In this document: in pieces, positions 61,664 to 64,000 of the stretch | Position numbering within the stretch: position 1 is the stretch's first letter | How the letters are laid out: each line of letters begins with the position of its first letter | NCBI RefSeq assembly: GCF_006345805.1 | Contig: NC_043005.1 | Location: 930,001-994,000 of the forward strand | Length of the DNA: 64,000 nucleotides | From: Octopus sinensis | Lineage: Eukaryota | Direction of reading: 5' to 3' | Position numbers and translations under genes: made by a program | The notes under the pieces: model-generated | Databases searched by the model: none | Told to the model about the DNA's origin: nothing | What the model saw: the letters and a program-made list of their open reading frames with translations, nothing else

Positions 61664-63121
61664 TCTATATATATATATATATTGATTAAGTCTTTCCTTG
61701 TTTGTTTTGCAAAATAGTGGTTTGTCTCAAATAATATTTTATATATATATATATATATTTATTTATTTTTATGCCTGTTAATCCATGCTAATATTGGTGT
61801 TAAACAATACATATTGAGGCATTGTTTTATAGTAAGACACCCTTCCTGTTGCTAACATTTACTAGTTCACACACACACACACACACACACATCTTGGCCA
61901 TAGTAAAAAGGTTAGTTTCCAAGTGATTCAACAGCTGTTAATTATATACTTTCAATTAATTTCCTTAAAACCAAAAAAAAGTAATACTGAACAGCAGCAA
62001 ACAACTATTGTGTGAAAAGTGAGAGGTTCAGTGGCTGAGTGCAAAAAGTATTTGTTAATTAACTGATAATAAGTTGCAATTTCAAACCTAATTGATTACA
62101 CTGAGCTGAATCTCAGCAATCAAAGAGAATCTCTTGATTAAAGTCCCTAATTTTAAAAAATGAGTCAGAAGTTATGTGCAAGGAAGGTTAAATAGACTAG
62201 GATTAGCTTCTCTCTATCTGAACATTGTACTGTTTCCTCTCAGACTGGAGACACATCGTTAGTGACTCTAACCTTATTTAGAAAGTGCATACTACTAAGA
62301 AACTGCTACATTTTCTTGAGAACCTTTAAACCCAATACAAATTTAGGTAAGAACAAAAGAGAATTCTTCACTTCAATAATCAAAAAGAAAATTTTTAACA
62401 TAACCACAGTTTTCTTTTAAGACAAAATTTGATGGTTTTTCTATTTGGTTTTGGGGGTTGAATTATCAATATATAACCTGGAGAAGGTATTAGTGTCTTT
62501 CAAATTTGAAACCACTCAACCATGAAGCCATTAATGTTTGTATTTATCTGCCAGTTGTTTCCTACACAAGCTGCAAAATGTTTCGATTATAAGCAACTCA
62601 CTATACATTATCGTTATTACTTTATTGACTCTCAATAAAGCATTTTAACTTCAAAGTAGATGCTTTAAAGAAGACCAGATCTCTGTTTTTTAATGACTAG
62701 AGCAAATAAATTTCTATGCTTTGACTTGGAACTACAAAGTGCCTTAATCATTCAGTTCCTACTTGATGAACCAAATGCTGAGACATGACTTAACAGCAGC
62801 AACAAAAGAAGAGCCTGGAATCGGACAAAGTCCATTCTGAAGAGTTTTCTTTCCACTTTGTTAATAAGTTTCTACAATCAACAATAAAATAAATTCTCAA
62901 TATCAATTCTAGAGTAACTGTCATATATGTATAAGAGGAGGCATAACTAGTATTATAATGCTGCCAGGGTTGAATTTGCCTTTCATATGTCAGGGATACA
63001 ATAAAATATGAAGTACTGGGAGGGATTGGAAGATTGAATTGAGCTGTTTTTCAAAAATGCCTTTTGCAAAAGTTAGAAATTACAATTAAAGCAATGGAGT
63101 AGAAGACCCAGATCAGTGGAC

Positions 63122-63201
63122 AAAGTGGTTTGTAGTGTTTAGGGATATCCATAAAGGACCTAAAGTGGTTTGTAGTGTTTAGGGATATCCATCAAGGACC
63201 T
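63122..63201 (+). repeat. 40-bp direct tandem duplication (1 mismatch)
   Basis: aaagtggtttgtagtgtttagggatatccat(a/c)aaggacct x2. Confidence 0.95.
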
Positions 63202-64000
63202 AAGTTCAAATTTTAATTTTTCTCTCACCAGAGTTAATAAAATGTGTTTCTGTCATGTACAACCTTTGAATCAGTGATTGTTGATTCTTATTTTATATTG
63301 GAATTGGTAAACAATAGTGTTGTTGGTTATAAGTTTGAACAGGTTAATCAGAATTTTTGACAGCAGCACTGACAACCAGATGTCTGTAAGTTGATGTCAA
63401 ATACCTCATTAGTAAATCACTAGTTTTCCCCCATTTTGCGGGAGGACGTTTATCTTCACTGAAAAATATACATCTCTCAATGAAATCTCACTTGCAAGGT
63501 ATAGGCCAACCTGAGATTAGGGTAGAAGTCACTTGTCTGAGATATGCAATGACATTTTACTTGGAAGCATGAAGTTGTGAAAAGAACTTCTCCACAGAAC
63601 AGCCAAGCCTGCAGTGTCCGTACAAGTTGGTTAGATTATTGAATTCCATCTTTTTAAATTCAGACTTCAAATCCTGTTCAAGTTAACTATATTGTTCATC
63701 CCCAAGGGACAGTCAATAAAATGTGTACCAGTAATATAATTGCAATGACTGAATCACTTGACCCTTTCCATCAATTTGTAGCTGTTGTCAATGTATCATA
63801 TCACCAGTATTGATTCTGGTGTGTTAATATCATGGTCATTATTTGTTATCTTTATGAAGAAATTATTAAGGAGGTACAGCTCTTCAGGATTGTGGCATAA
63901 AATACATTACAATATTTAGTTTTGTCTCTCTTGGCACCAAGTATATACATAGCTCATCGAGGTTCACTTAGGCTTCATCTGTATCTCATGTTGGCATGGG

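Overview
AT-rich, repeat-dense eukaryotic (animal) genomic DNA. The SINE/LINE repertoire and microsatellite load suggest a coleoid cephalopod such as Octopus; this is an inference, not a database result. Main content: 12 coding exons of a DNMT3-family de novo DNA methyltransferase on the + strand (15906-42446). They splice in frame into 399 aa covering most of the ADD domain and the complete catalytic domain. All catalytic motifs are intact, but His and Cys occupy the positions equivalent to human DNMT3A R882 and Y735. Introns and flanks hold a near full-length Tx1/L1 LINE, many RTE LINE fragments (one 5'-inverted with an 11-bp TSD), two CR1-group LINE remnants that share their 3' tail with a tRNA-derived SINE, a piggyBac MITE and a piggyBac transposase pseudogene, Tc1/mariner elements and a Penelope-like GIY-YIG ORF. 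The most unusual signal is a set of type I hammerhead ribozyme motifs with palindromic helix III, sitting in fold-back (inverted-repeat) elements at 17.6-18.0 kb, 46.7-47.6 kb and 57.3-57.7 kb, plus a decayed one at 31.2-31.4 kb. No CRISPR, rRNA or true tRNA genes are supported.
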